This document shows positions 6,554 through 14,063 of a DNA stretch of 46,136 bases, piece after piece (position 1 is the stretch's first letter; each line of letters opens with the position of its first letter). A program made the position numbers and the translations under genes. The notes under the pieces were generated by a model. That model was given only the letters and a program-made list of their open reading frames with translations. It did not search any database and was not told the origin of the DNA. This DNA comes from a virus. The DNA is taken from positions 1-46,136 of IMG/VR virus record IMGVR_UViG_3300029595_000010; one strand, 5' to 3'.

Positions 6554-7129
6554 ATGTCCGCAATACAGGATCTCGCTCCGTTTATCGGCGCGTATCAGGG
6601 GAAGATCAGAAGGGCAAAAGATGCAAGCGGGATGACGTTGGAGGAGCTGTCGAACGAGTCCGGCGTTTCCTTCTCTGCCGTGAGCCGATTATACGCTGGA
6701 ACACAAGCGGATCCACGGCTTTATAACTCGGCTGCGCTATGCAAAACGCTCGGGTTGTCGCTCGACGAGCTGTTCGGCCTTGAAAATCCCGTCGGAAGCC
6801 CGGAAAAGCTGACCAAGCAGATCCATCATGTCGAGCTTGAAAACGCCAAGCTGGAGGCAACAGCGGCCGCGCAAAGCGCACAGATAAAGTCTACACATAC
6901 AATGTGTTACGTCCTCGCCCTGTTTTGTATGCTGCTCTCCTTTTCTCTGATTGCCTGCCTTGTGGCGGATGCGCAGATTCGTAATGCAGGATTCATTCGA
7001 AACGGAGATTTGTCCGTAACCGCATGGGCGTGTATCGCCCTGATCGTAGGTTCAGCGCTGGCTTCGGCAATTACTTTCTACGCGATCCGAAAAGAACGTG
7101 GAGGGAAACATGGAGTGCATCAAGTGTAA
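6554..7129 (+). CDS. Membrane-anchored XRE-family HTH regulator (191 aa)
   Basis: N-terminal HTH (MTLEELSNESGVSFSAVSRLYAG) plus two C-terminal hydrophobic helices (CYVLALFCMLLSFSLIACLV; AWACIALIVGSALASAITFYAI). Confidence 0.8.
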   Translation: MSAIQDLAPFIGAYQGKIRRAKDASGMTLEELSNESGVSFSAVSRLYAGTQADPRLYNSAALCKTLGLSLDELFGLENPVGSPEKLTKQIHHVELENAKLEATAAAQSAQIKSTHTMCYVLALFCMLLSFSLIACLVADAQIRNAGFIRNGDLSVTAWACIALIVGSALASAITFYAIRKERGGKHGVHQV

Positions 7130-8213
7130 AAAAGAAATCCCAGACGGCGCGCCCTACTGTTGCTGGTGCGGAAAAAAACAGGAAGCGCGGCGAAACCGGA
7201 CACGCGGGAACGGGCAGGGAAGCGCTTACCAGCGAGGGAAGACGTGGACGGCGCGTTGGACAGAAAGAACTTACCTAGACGAGAACGACAAGCTTCGGCA
7301 AAGGATGCGAACAAAAGGCGGGTTTACATCAAAGCGCGCCGCCCTCCAATATGCTGCAAACCCTCCGAAGGAAGAGCAGCGAAGCCCCACTCTCAGAGAA
7401 TACTACAAAACATATCTGCGTGGGGATTATCTATCCTTATCGGCTGATCGTCAGGGCGCGGCGGAAAAGGCATTCGAGCGCATGAGAGAAATCGCCGACC
7501 GTGAGATCGACGCGCTTACCATCGCGCAGATACAGGATGTTATCGACCGCAACGCCAGCACCTATTACACACGGAAAGATATGAAAACCGTCCTCTCCCA
7601 CTGTTATAACCTCGCAATTGCAGAAAAGCAAACAACCGTGAATCTTGCAAAGTACATAAAGCTTCCGGAATTGGAAGAGAAGTCGCCGGAACCGTTTACC
7701 GACGCCGACGTAAAAAAGCTATGGGAAGCGTATGCAAAAGACCACTTCGTTGGGTTTATTTTAACGATGATTTATACCGGCATGATGCCCGGTGAGCTTC
7801 TGAAACTCAAGAAAGATATGATTGACTTTGAAAAGAATGAGATCGTCCGAGGCGGCATAAAGACAAAGAAGCGGAAGGAAACGCCTATGGTCTTCCCGGA
7901 TTTCGTTGCGCCGGTGCTGCATGAACTATGCGAAGAAAGCAAATCGCGCGTCGGAAATATCTGCTGCATAAACAAAGATAATTTTTACAAGAGATATTAT
8001 GAGTGTTTGGAGCTCGCCGGAGTGCAAAAGCTACCGCCTTACTCATGCCGCCATACAACCGCTACAGCCCTCGCGATGAAAAACATCGACCCGTTTACGA
8101 TCAAGGAAATCATGCGCCACACGAAGATAACGACTACCCAACGGTACGTACACCCGGACATGAAAGGCATGGTCGATGCCGTAAATCAGTTGCAAAGCGA
8201 CTCGCCAGAGTGA
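7110..8213 (+). CDS. int: Tyrosine integrase with N-terminal zinc ribbon
   Basis: MECIKCKKEIPDGAPYCCWCG..., then CRHTTATALAM...IMRHTKITTTQRYVH (R..H..R..Y catalytic signature); attP lies immediately downstream. Confidence 0.9.
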   Translation: MECIKCKKEIPDGAPYCCWCGKKQEARRNRTRGNGQGSAYQRGKTWTARWTERTYLDENDKLRQRMRTKGGFTSKRAALQYAANPPKEEQRSPTLREYYKTYLRGDYLSLSADRQGAAEKAFERMREIADREIDALTIAQIQDVIDRNASTYYTRKDMKTVLSHCYNLAIAEKQTTVNLAKYIKLPELEEKSPEPFTDADVKKLWEAYAKDHFVGFILTMIYTGMMPGELLKLKKDMIDFEKNEIVRGGIKTKKRKETPMVFPDFVAPVLHELCEESKSRVGNICCINKDNFYKRYYECLELAGVQKLPPYSCRHTTATALAMKNIDPFTIKEIMRHTKITTTQRYVHPDMKGMVDAVNQLQSDSPE

Positions 8214-8218
8214 ATTCT

Positions 8219-8242
8219 GTATGCTACAAAATATGTTACAAA
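8219..8242 (+). repeat. Arm-type repeats (GTATGCTACAAA, ATGTTACAAA), P arm
   Basis: Same decamer recurs at 8469-8478 and 8481-8492. Confidence 0.55.
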
Positions 8243-8275
8243 TGCCAATTTCCCCAGTGTTTTCAATGGTTTTTT

Positions 8276-8340
8276 CTCCCCTGCTAAGGGAGTAGGCGTC
8301 TAAAAAGCGCGCGAGAGTTCAAATCTCTCCTTCCGCGCCA
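8276..8340 (+). other. 3-prime fragment of tRNA-Ser(GCT): anticodon arm to CCA (attP core); not a complete tRNA
   Basis: ctccc-CTGCTAA-gggag, long variable arm, gagag-TTCAAAT-ctctc, cttccgcg-CCA. No matching 5-prime acceptor/D-arm upstream. Confidence 0.75.
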
Positions 8341-8386
8341 AAGTACCGATTTTAGCTGTTTTAAAGCTAAAATCGGTACTTTTTTA
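8341..8386 (+). terminator. Rho-independent terminator
   Basis: 16-bp perfect stem aagtaccgattttagc/gctaaaatcggtactt, then a T-run. Confidence 0.75.
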
Positions 8387-8447
8387 TGATTTTCACCCTA
8401 TTTTCTGCGTATTTTCAAAAAGCAAAAAATAACGTTATGACACGCTC

Positions 8448-8492
8448 TGTAACATAAAATTATTTCCCGTATGCTACATTGTATGCTACAAA
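8448..8492. repeat. Arm-type repeats, P-prime arm (one inverted, two direct)
   Basis: tgtaacat (inverted), gtatgctaca, gtatgctacaaa. Confidence 0.5.
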
Positions 8493-8526
8493 TTCAGCGC
8501 AATGCGAGGGGACTCCCCTATTTTTG

Positions 8527-8874
8527 CTACATGGACTTTATTTTCCGAAGCATAGAATCATAGACTTTTCGGTTCACAAGCGATAGTGTGTCCATAAGTT
8601 CATCAACAACCGCCCAAGCCCTTGCCGGGTCTTTCCCGGCTACCGCAAGTAAAAACTCACTGTCCCCGTACTCGCCCACGGTAGCCGGCTCTGCGGTCAC
8701 AGGGGCGGGAGCGCCGGAGTAGCAACCCACATACCTACCGCCGTCGCCCCGTTCCTCCTCCTGCATCTTGTCGCGTATCACATAAAGATCTGCCAGTTTG
8801 GCATAATTGGGATAGCTGGATTCCTCATATTCCAGCCGCGCTATCTCCTTGCGGATCTCGGCTTTATCCAGCAT
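8527..8874 (-). CDS. Cargo-operon protein, unknown function (115 aa)
   Basis: AAGGAGG RBS; ...EESSYPNYAKLADLYVIRDKM... Confidence 0.7.
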   Translation of the reverse strand: MLDKAEIRKEIARLEYEESSYPNYAKLADLYVIRDKMQEEERGDGGRYVGCYSGAPAPVTAEPATVGEYGDSEFLLAVAGKDPARAWAVVDELMDTLSLVNRKVYDSMLRKIKSM

Positions 8875-8885
8875 ATCGCGCCTCC

Positions 8886-9257
8886 TTATGCCCGCTCGAT
8901 CTGCTCCATGCAGCGGCGGATCGCTTCGCGGGTCTTATCGTCGTCCGCATCGCGCATCATATCGTCCAGCTGCGCGCGCATATGATCGCGGGCGTCTGTG
9001 CGGCTGTAGCGGCCCATTGCGTCGCGGCGGCGGCCACGGTAAGAGCTGCCCCGTCCATATGTACCGCGCATATCCGCCTCCCACTCGCCATCGCGGGAAT
9101 AGCCGCCGTCTTCAGCCATCTCGATCTTGTAGGTATTCTTGATGGAGCTCGTCAGCTTCTGGATCGCGTCCAGATCGCCCGCAGACATTTCGCGCTTGTC
9201 GGCGATTTCGTCAAGCTCTTTGCAGAGCATTTCGCGCAGGTTTCTCAAATCGTACAT
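8886..9257 (-). CDS. Cargo-operon protein, unknown function (123 aa), R/D/G/Y-rich centre
   Basis: ORF 8886..9275 trimmed to the ATG 7 nt after AAAGGAGG. Confidence 0.7.
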   Translation of the reverse strand: MYDLRNLREMLCKELDEIADKREMSAGDLDAIQKLTSSIKNTYKIEMAEDGGYSRDGEWEADMRGTYGRGSSYRGRRRDAMGRYSRTDARDHMRAQLDDMMRDADDDKTREAIRRCMEQIERA

Positions 9258-9271
9258 ATTGCATCCTCCTT

Positions 9272-9694
9272 TCACGATACGCGCTCGATGATCATATTGC
9301 TATTTGCGAAATTGATCGCCTGGGCGCTGGTGTTCTTCGCCGCTACAGTCAGGCAGCAGCCGCGCGGGACTTCCACGAATGTGGAAACAAAGATGTTAAA
9401 ATAGTTTTCAACAGCCGCAGGGGTTACGGTCGCTGTGGCGCTGCTCAGAGGTTCGCCGTTGATTGCAAGCGCAGCGGTAATGGCACCTACTGTTCCGCCT
9501 GTAGGGATGGCGATATTCGCGCCAAAGGATACGCGGAACTTCGCCTTGCATTGCTGCGTAAGCCCGCGCAGCGTAACAAGCCCGCTTCCTTCTCGATGTA
9601 CGATGCACGGCTTTCCGCAAGCCGCCGTGGAGATAAGCGGGACGTTCTGCCCAGCGGCGACAGTTTGAATCCCGGATGATGTAAATTCAGCCAT
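9272..9694 (-). CDS. Jelly-roll-like protein resembling the BclA C-terminal (C1q/TNF-like) exosporium domain (140 aa)
   Basis: Length, alternating beta pattern and C-terminus ...NSNMIIERVS resemble the BclA CTD ending ...SIIIEKVA (from memory). Confidence 0.55.
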   Translation of the reverse strand: MAEFTSSGIQTVAAGQNVPLISTAACGKPCIVHREGSGLVTLRGLTQQCKAKFRVSFGANIAIPTGGTVGAITAALAINGEPLSSATATVTPAAVENYFNIFVSTFVEVPRGCCLTVAAKNTSAQAINFANSNMIIERVS

Positions 9695-9813
9695 AAAATC
9701 ATTCCTTTCATAAAAATACAGCGGCAGGGCGATTGCCCCGCCGCGTTGTTGTCAGTATCGGCACGGGGCCGACCATTTTCGTGAGGTCACGAAAAAGCTA
9801 TGCTATGCAGTTG

Positions 9814-9921
9814 TCAGCAGCCGCACCCCTGATTGCAGCCACAGCCGCCATAGCCGCTGTTCATCATGCCGGTTGGCGCAACAGGCATAGTGGCCTGAAC
9901 GCCGCCGTCAGAAAGAGACAT
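9814..9921 (-). CDS. Unlisted 35-aa Gly/Cys-rich peptide MSLSDGGVQATMPVAPTGMMNSGYGGCGCNQGCGC
   Basis: AAAGGAG 7 nt before the ATG; followed by a stem-loop plus T-run. Confidence 0.5.
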   Translation of the reverse strand: MSLSDGGVQATMPVAPTGMMNSGYGGCGCNQGCGC

Positions 9922-9987
9922 AGTATCACTCCTTTGAAAAATTTTTATTCATCAAATCGTGGCCACGATGTTGATTTATGTTGATGA

Positions 9988-10200
9988 TTACTGCATCAGG
10001 TTTTGAAACTGCTTCGCCATCTGCTGTAGCTGATTGAGCTGCTGCTGGTTTAGCTTACCACTCTGCAAGAGCTTTTCGACCTCGGCTTTGGGGTCGCCCT
10101 TGAAATTTGCTTTGAACTGGTTGAACTGCTGCACCATCTGTGCAAAATTGCCCATCGGCATCTGCCCGCCGCCCAGCGCGGCCATAAACGGATTACTCAT
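9988..10200 (-). CDS. Q-rich small protein (70 aa)
   Basis: ORF track; overlaps the upstream gene by 8 nt. Confidence 0.6.
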   Translation of the reverse strand: MSNPFMAALGGGQMPMGNFAQMVQQFNQFKANFKGDPKAEVEKLLQSGKLNQQQLNQLQQMAKQFQNLMQ

Positions 10201-10642
10201 CGTCTTCGTCCTCCTCGGCCTTGCGTTTCTTTTTGCCCTTTATTTCGCCCACAAGAGCCGCCAGCGCGTCAAACTCTTTACGGGTGACAAATTCCATGCC
10301 CTTTCCCTGCGGAGATGTACGGGGCGTCTCTGCGCGCTCTACAAGGTCGTAAATCTTGAGCGTCGGCTTCCCGCTTGCATCCGCCTGCTTGAGATACACA
10401 GTCGGCGCGGTAGAATCCCACAGCGCCACAGCGGAGTTGGGCGCGATGAGATAACCCCTTGCCTCCTGCTCGCCGTTTACCCACTGCACACCGCTCTGCG
10501 CGATGGGGTTCTGTTGCACTGGCTGCGACATAGGCTGCTGCATGGGCTGCATCTGTGGCTGCTGCATCTGCCGCATCTGCATGAGGTTATCCGGCATCGG
10601 CTGCGGATAATAGGGATTGAAATAGGGATATGCCATGTTCAT
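10193..10642 (-). CDS. Protein with a Q/P/M-rich N-terminus and a compact C-terminal domain (149 aa)
   Basis: MNMAYPYFNPYYPQPMPDNLMQMRQMQQPQMQPMQQPM...; ATGA coupling to the upstream gene. Confidence 0.65.
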   Translation of the reverse strand: MNMAYPYFNPYYPQPMPDNLMQMRQMQQPQMQPMQQPMSQPVQQNPIAQSGVQWVNGEQEARGYLIAPNSAVALWDSTAPTVYLKQADASGKPTLKIYDLVERAETPRTSPQGKGMEFVTRKEFDALAALVGEIKGKKKRKAEEDEDDE

Positions 10643-11025
10643 TCCTCCGTTTCTTTTACCCAGTAATAAAGCGGGATTTCGTTCTCGCTATTCCAGCTGT
10701 CATAGATCGTCCCATCCTGCACGCACACTACATGCCCAGAGAGGGCGAGAATATACGTCCCGCGCGGGTGCTCATCGGCAAACCTGCCGACCGTGTAGCA
10801 GTCCGGGCAGGTGTTCGGCATCACGTTCCGGGTAAAACCATGCTGCCGTAGGTATGCACCCCATACACTGTTTGCGCTCGGCAGATCTCCCATGATGAGT
10901 CCTTGCAGGCACAATCCGATATACACCTCGTCCCAGCTCTTCCCGGTCGCCTTTGCGATGGCCCGGACGGTGCAGTCCCCGACCTTCTGCCCGGCGGGGT
11001 TTGGATTAAAATAAGAAAAGCCCAT
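10639..11025 (-). CDS. Papain-like cysteine peptidase-fold candidate (128 aa)
   Basis: ORF 10639..11103 trimmed to the ATG after AAAGGAG; GDCTVRAIA (Cys), LSGHVVCV (His), DSWNS. Confidence 0.55.
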   Translation of the reverse strand: MGFSYFNPNPAGQKVGDCTVRAIAKATGKSWDEVYIGLCLQGLIMGDLPSANSVWGAYLRQHGFTRNVMPNTCPDCYTVGRFADEHPRGTYILALSGHVVCVQDGTIYDSWNSENEIPLYYWVKETEE

Positions 11026-11108
11026 ACCGAACACTCCTTTGTGTGTCCAGTATGGACCTTTTTGCGGCTTCTTGTGCCTCAGTTGTGTATCAATTTGGTT
11101 CAAAATTT

Positions 11109-11133
11109 AAGCCCGCGGTTATTCCACGGGCTT
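11109..11133 (-). terminator. Stem-loop terminator between the two cargo operons
   Basis: 10-bp stem with one mismatch, flanked by A/T runs on both sides. Confidence 0.45.
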
Positions 11134-11141
11134 AGTTTTTG

Positions 11142-11483
11142 TTATCGTTCGTTTACAGCCAGAATCTCCGCCGCCATCGCGGCCACATACGGCGGGCATC
11201 CACGCCGTCCGCCGCACCAGTCCTGCACGGTGCGCAGCGGGATTCCAAAATACCGCGCAAATCCGGTCTGCGTCAGGCCGTATTTTTTGATCACATCCGG
11301 GATCATGCAGTGCGTGCCGTCCCAGATCCCGCCGAGCAGCGCAATCCGCTCTGCCGGAACATTTGCGTCTTCGGCATCGCCCCAGACGCTGGACAGTGCC
11401 ATATCGGAGATATAGGCGTCGCGGTCGGTGTATGCGCCGGTTTCGGCGTAGAGGGCGGAGCGGATAAAGGGTGTGAGTTTCAT
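11142..11483 (-). CDS. HTH DNA-binding protein (113 aa)
   Basis: ATGA coupling; ...YGLTQTGFARYFGIPLRTVQDWCGGRRGCPPYV... Confidence 0.7.
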   Translation of the reverse strand: MKLTPFIRSALYAETGAYTDRDAYISDMALSSVWGDAEDANVPAERIALLGGIWDGTHCMIPDVIKKYGLTQTGFARYFGIPLRTVQDWCGGRRGCPPYVAAMAAEILAVNER

Positions 11484-12121
11484 GTGGATTCCTCCTTGCT
11501 TTTCTTCGCGGACTTCTTCTTTTCCAGGTACTCTTCTTTGTTTTCTGCATACCACTGCTGCCATCGCTCTTTGTATTGCTCGGTATGCTCCTGATAATGC
11601 AGCGCAGTAAGCTGCCGGGCTCGGATACGCAGGCATTCCTCCGAGCAGCATTTGTCACGCGCCCCATCCAGCAGGAACGGCTTTCCGCACACAATGCAGT
11701 TTGCTGTTGCGATGGCTCTGGAATCAGTACGGGCCCTTCTCTGCTCCGCACCGCCGTTGTAAAAGCGTTCGAGGCAGTATTCGTTCGTGCGCTTTTTGGC
11801 GCAGTCCGGGCAGTAACGCTGCAAACCGCCCTCTACAGTGTATTCGGCTCCGCAGCGCTCGCAGATATCCTTTGAGCCGATGGGGCGGGTTTTGCCCGCC
11901 GCCTTTCGCTTCCTGCATTCTGCGCGGGCAATCCGTTTTCGCGCTTCGCTGCAATCCGGGCAGTAAAATGAGCGCGTACCATATGTTTCATAGCTCTTCT
12001 CGCAATCCGCGCAAACCTTTGTGCGCAGGGCTCTCACTGGAGCCCTGCGGCACTTTTGGCATCTTGTATCGCGCGAGAATCCTTCGAAGTGCGCACCGCA
12101 CTGAGAACAGATACGATCCAT
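11480..12121 (-). CDS. Multi-zinc-ribbon protein (213 aa; at least four CxxC...CxxC units)
   Basis: CSQCG..CQKC, CADC..CPDC, CERCG..CPDC, CIVCG..CCSEEC. Confidence 0.7.
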   Translation of the reverse strand: MDRICSQCGAHFEGFSRDTRCQKCRRAPVRALRTKVCADCEKSYETYGTRSFYCPDCSEARKRIARAECRKRKAAGKTRPIGSKDICERCGAEYTVEGGLQRYCPDCAKKRTNEYCLERFYNGGAEQRRARTDSRAIATANCIVCGKPFLLDGARDKCCSEECLRIRARQLTALHYQEHTEQYKERWQQWYAENKEEYLEKKKSAKKSKEEST

Positions 12122-12124
12122 CGA

Positions 12125-12388
12125 TCAGAAGCAATACGCGCTGATGGGCTGACCGTCGATGCGGACGGTGGCGAGTGTATCGTCGCTGAAATCGGGATAG
12201 TCAGCGTCTTCAATGCTGTCTGCAAGTTCGTCCAGTGTGTAGCCAAAGTACACGCAGAATGCATCGCCCAGGCAGGCATCCATATCGCGGCAGAGGATCG
12301 CGGACTGTTCTTCCGTGTCACCAGCCTCGGTGGCAATGGCAGTGCAAGCAATGAGTTCGTAACGGTTGTTGATGATCTTGGTTTCCAT
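12125..12388 (-). CDS. Highly acidic small protein (87 aa); possible DNA mimic/anti-defence (speculative)
   Basis: D/E-rich throughout; first gene behind the operator-containing consensus promoter. Confidence 0.65.
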   Translation of the reverse strand: METKIINNRYELIACTAIATEAGDTEEQSAILCRDMDACLGDAFCVYFGYTLDELADSIEDADYPDFSDDTLATVRIDGQPISAYCF

Positions 12389-12433
12389 GTTGTACCTCTT
12401 TCCGGCTTTCGCCTTGTTTTATCTTATGGCCTT

Positions 12434-12462
12434 ATTATACACGCAATGCGTGTAATTGTCAA
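12434..12462 (-). promoter_or_regulatory. Consensus sigma-A promoter TTGACA-17-TATAAT
   Basis: Read directly on the reverse complement, 40 nt upstream of the acidic-protein ATG. Confidence 0.7.
12439..12453. promoter_or_regulatory. 7-1-7 palindromic operator ACACGCA-A-TGCGTGT inside the promoter spacer
   Basis: Perfect inverted repeat. Confidence 0.6.
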
Positions 12463-12480
12463 GAGGAAAATGCAGAAATT

Positions 12481-12513
12481 TTTAAAAATAAGCGCCGATT
12501 TCTCGGCGCTTAT
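12481..12513 (-). terminator. Rho-independent terminator ending the late/lysis transcript
   Basis: 11-bp stem ataagcgccga/tcggcgcttat, 4-nt loop, T-run on the minus strand. Confidence 0.8.
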
Positions 12514-12514
12514 C

Positions 12515-12763
12515 TCAGTTATACAGTTTGCTGGATGTCCGCTGCATCTCCCGCATGATCTCCGGCAGGCGGCGCTGTACCGTGGCGCGGCCCAGAAACA
12601 GCTCTGTTGCAACGTCTACCTGGGGAAGCTTATCCACAAAATAGAGCTGCGCGATCTTCTCATTTTCCCGGCCAAGATTGGCCTGATAGATTACGGCCTC
12701 CATATCCTTTCTGGTCAGCCTGCCCAGCTCTGGCGGCAGCTTGGCCCGCGCCTGCGGCGACAT
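12515..12763 (-). CDS. Sigma-70 region-4-like HTH mini-protein (82 aa)
   Basis: AAGGAGG RBS; ...EKIAQLYFVDKLPQVDVATELFLGRATVQRRL... Confidence 0.65.
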   Translation of the reverse strand: MSPQARAKLPPELGRLTRKDMEAVIYQANLGRENEKIAQLYFVDKLPQVDVATELFLGRATVQRRLPEIMREMQRTSSKLYN

Positions 12764-12776
12764 ACGCCCCGCCTCC

Positions 12777-13487
12777 TTACTTTTCCTTGTGATTCAGCAC
12801 AGCGATATTGCCCTTGTTGCCGACTTCGAGATCCAGCGCAGCGGCCAGATCGCGCACCTTGACGTAGTTCGTGCCGTTCTTCAGGATGCGCTCAACGGTG
12901 ACTTCCTTTCCGTCGACGATGATTTTGCTCTTTTCTATCATTTCGGTTTCCTCCTCTGCATTTTTTCCATCTTCGAGGGCCATCACGGTATGGCCCGAGC
13001 TTACCAGTACGTCGCCGCGCAGGAGATTGGCGTCTGTCGTTAGGTACTTGCTGCCGGTCAGCAGCTCAAAGTCTCCCGTTGCGGGCCAATCGTGCAGCAT
13101 ACAGTAGGTGGTGCAGCTGTTGCCCTGCCGACGGTAGAGCGCTTCGACCGACGCGCAGCCTGCAGCCACGGCGCAGAGCATCATGAGCGCGGAGCAGTCC
13201 GTCTCCACGGGCTTTGTGATCTTGCTCACGTCCCACCCGACGGCTCTGGCTGCCTCATACGCCGTGTTCCTGTTGTCCATGTCGTAGCCGATGTTCCGGT
13301 TCTTAATGGCCGCCTCGCACGTCTGTGCGGCCCGCTCGGCCTTTTTGCGGCTCTTGTAGCGCAGTACGCCGAGCCAGCGGCCATTGTACCAGTTGGAGAT
13401 ATTCAGCTCCCGCCCGGTCTGGTTTCCGGGCTGCTGCCCGTGGCCGCCTGTCTCTCCAAGACTGGCCTGTCCGATCTTGATACTCAT
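12777..13487 (-). CDS. Endolysin: Cys/His peptidase-type catalytic domain plus a copper-amine-oxidase-N-like wall-binding domain
   Basis: ETDCSAL and SSGHTVM motifs; C-terminal IVDGKEVTVERILKNGTNYVKVRDLAAALDLEV; adjacent to holins. Confidence 0.75.
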   Translation of the reverse strand: MSIKIGQASLGETGGHGQQPGNQTGRELNISNWYNGRWLGVLRYKSRKKAERAAQTCEAAIKNRNIGYDMDNRNTAYEAARAVGWDVSKITKPVETDCSALMMLCAVAAGCASVEALYRRQGNSCTTYCMLHDWPATGDFELLTGSKYLTTDANLLRGDVLVSSGHTVMALEDGKNAEEETEMIEKSKIIVDGKEVTVERILKNGTNYVKVRDLAAALDLEVGNKGNIAVLNHKEK

Positions 13488-13792
13488 GCCCGCTCACTCC
13501 CGTACAACTCGTGATGCAGCTGCAGCACGGCGGCCTCGATCAGCTGATCGATTGTAGATACGTCGAACCGGATTCCGTGTTCGGCCAGAAAATTGATCAC
13601 ATAGGCTTTCTTTTCCTCGCCGTCCGTTGCCGCGTAGAGCTGCTCCGCCGCCTTGACGCCGATCTCGACGTATGTTTTGATGGTTTGCAGTTTGTTGGCG
13701 TCGATCTTGGTTTTGAGCCACGGGATCAGAAACGCCGAAACGAGCGCGCTGATGAGCGCGATCACTGCCGAGATGATCTGTGTGTAGTCCAT
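13484..13792 (-). CDS. Holin, LL-H-like
   Basis: N-terminal TM IISAVIALISALVSAFLIPWL, then a helical tail; ATGA overlap with the endolysin. Confidence 0.65.
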   Translation of the reverse strand: MDYTQIISAVIALISALVSAFLIPWLKTKIDANKLQTIKTYVEIGVKAAEQLYAATDGEEKKAYVINFLAEHGIRFDVSTIDQLIEAAVLQLHHELYGSERA

Positions 13793-13805
13793 ATGTATGC
13801 TCCTT

Positions 13806-14063
13806 TCAATCTTTCAGCACGATCTCTGCGATGCGTGCTGCCGCTTCCGGGCCGTATTTTTCAGCCCATTTATCCATGTACTTCTGCGCGTACTTCGCGC
13901 GGTTCTCGTTCTTGGCCTTCCAGAGATAAAACCCGCTGGAAGCCGTCGTTTCAGCCAGCACCGCAAGCGTGATCTCCGTCAGGTCTGCGCCTGCCGCGCA
14001 GGCGATGATGAGTGCGAGGCTGACAAGCGCGCTGCAAATCAGCCATTTCTTGCTAAACTCCAT
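13806..14063 (-). CDS. Two-TM holin-like protein (85 aa)
   Basis: WLICSALVSLALIIACAAG and ITLAVLAETTASSGFYLW, charged C-terminus. Confidence 0.6.
   Translation of the reverse strand: MEFSKKWLICSALVSLALIIACAAGADLTEITLAVLAETTASSGFYLWKAKNENRAKYAQKYMDKWAEKYGPEAAARIAEIVLKD

Larger units (their letters stand above)
8214..8526. other. attP region
   Basis: tRNA 3-prime fragment flanked by ATG(C/T)TACA arm-type repeats, directly after int. Confidence 0.7.

Noticed and set aside
8243-8340. Complete tRNA gene
   Set aside because: The 5-prime acceptor strand (expected GCGGAAG) and D-arm are absent upstream. Only the anticodon arm to CCA is present, so it is an attP core fragment.
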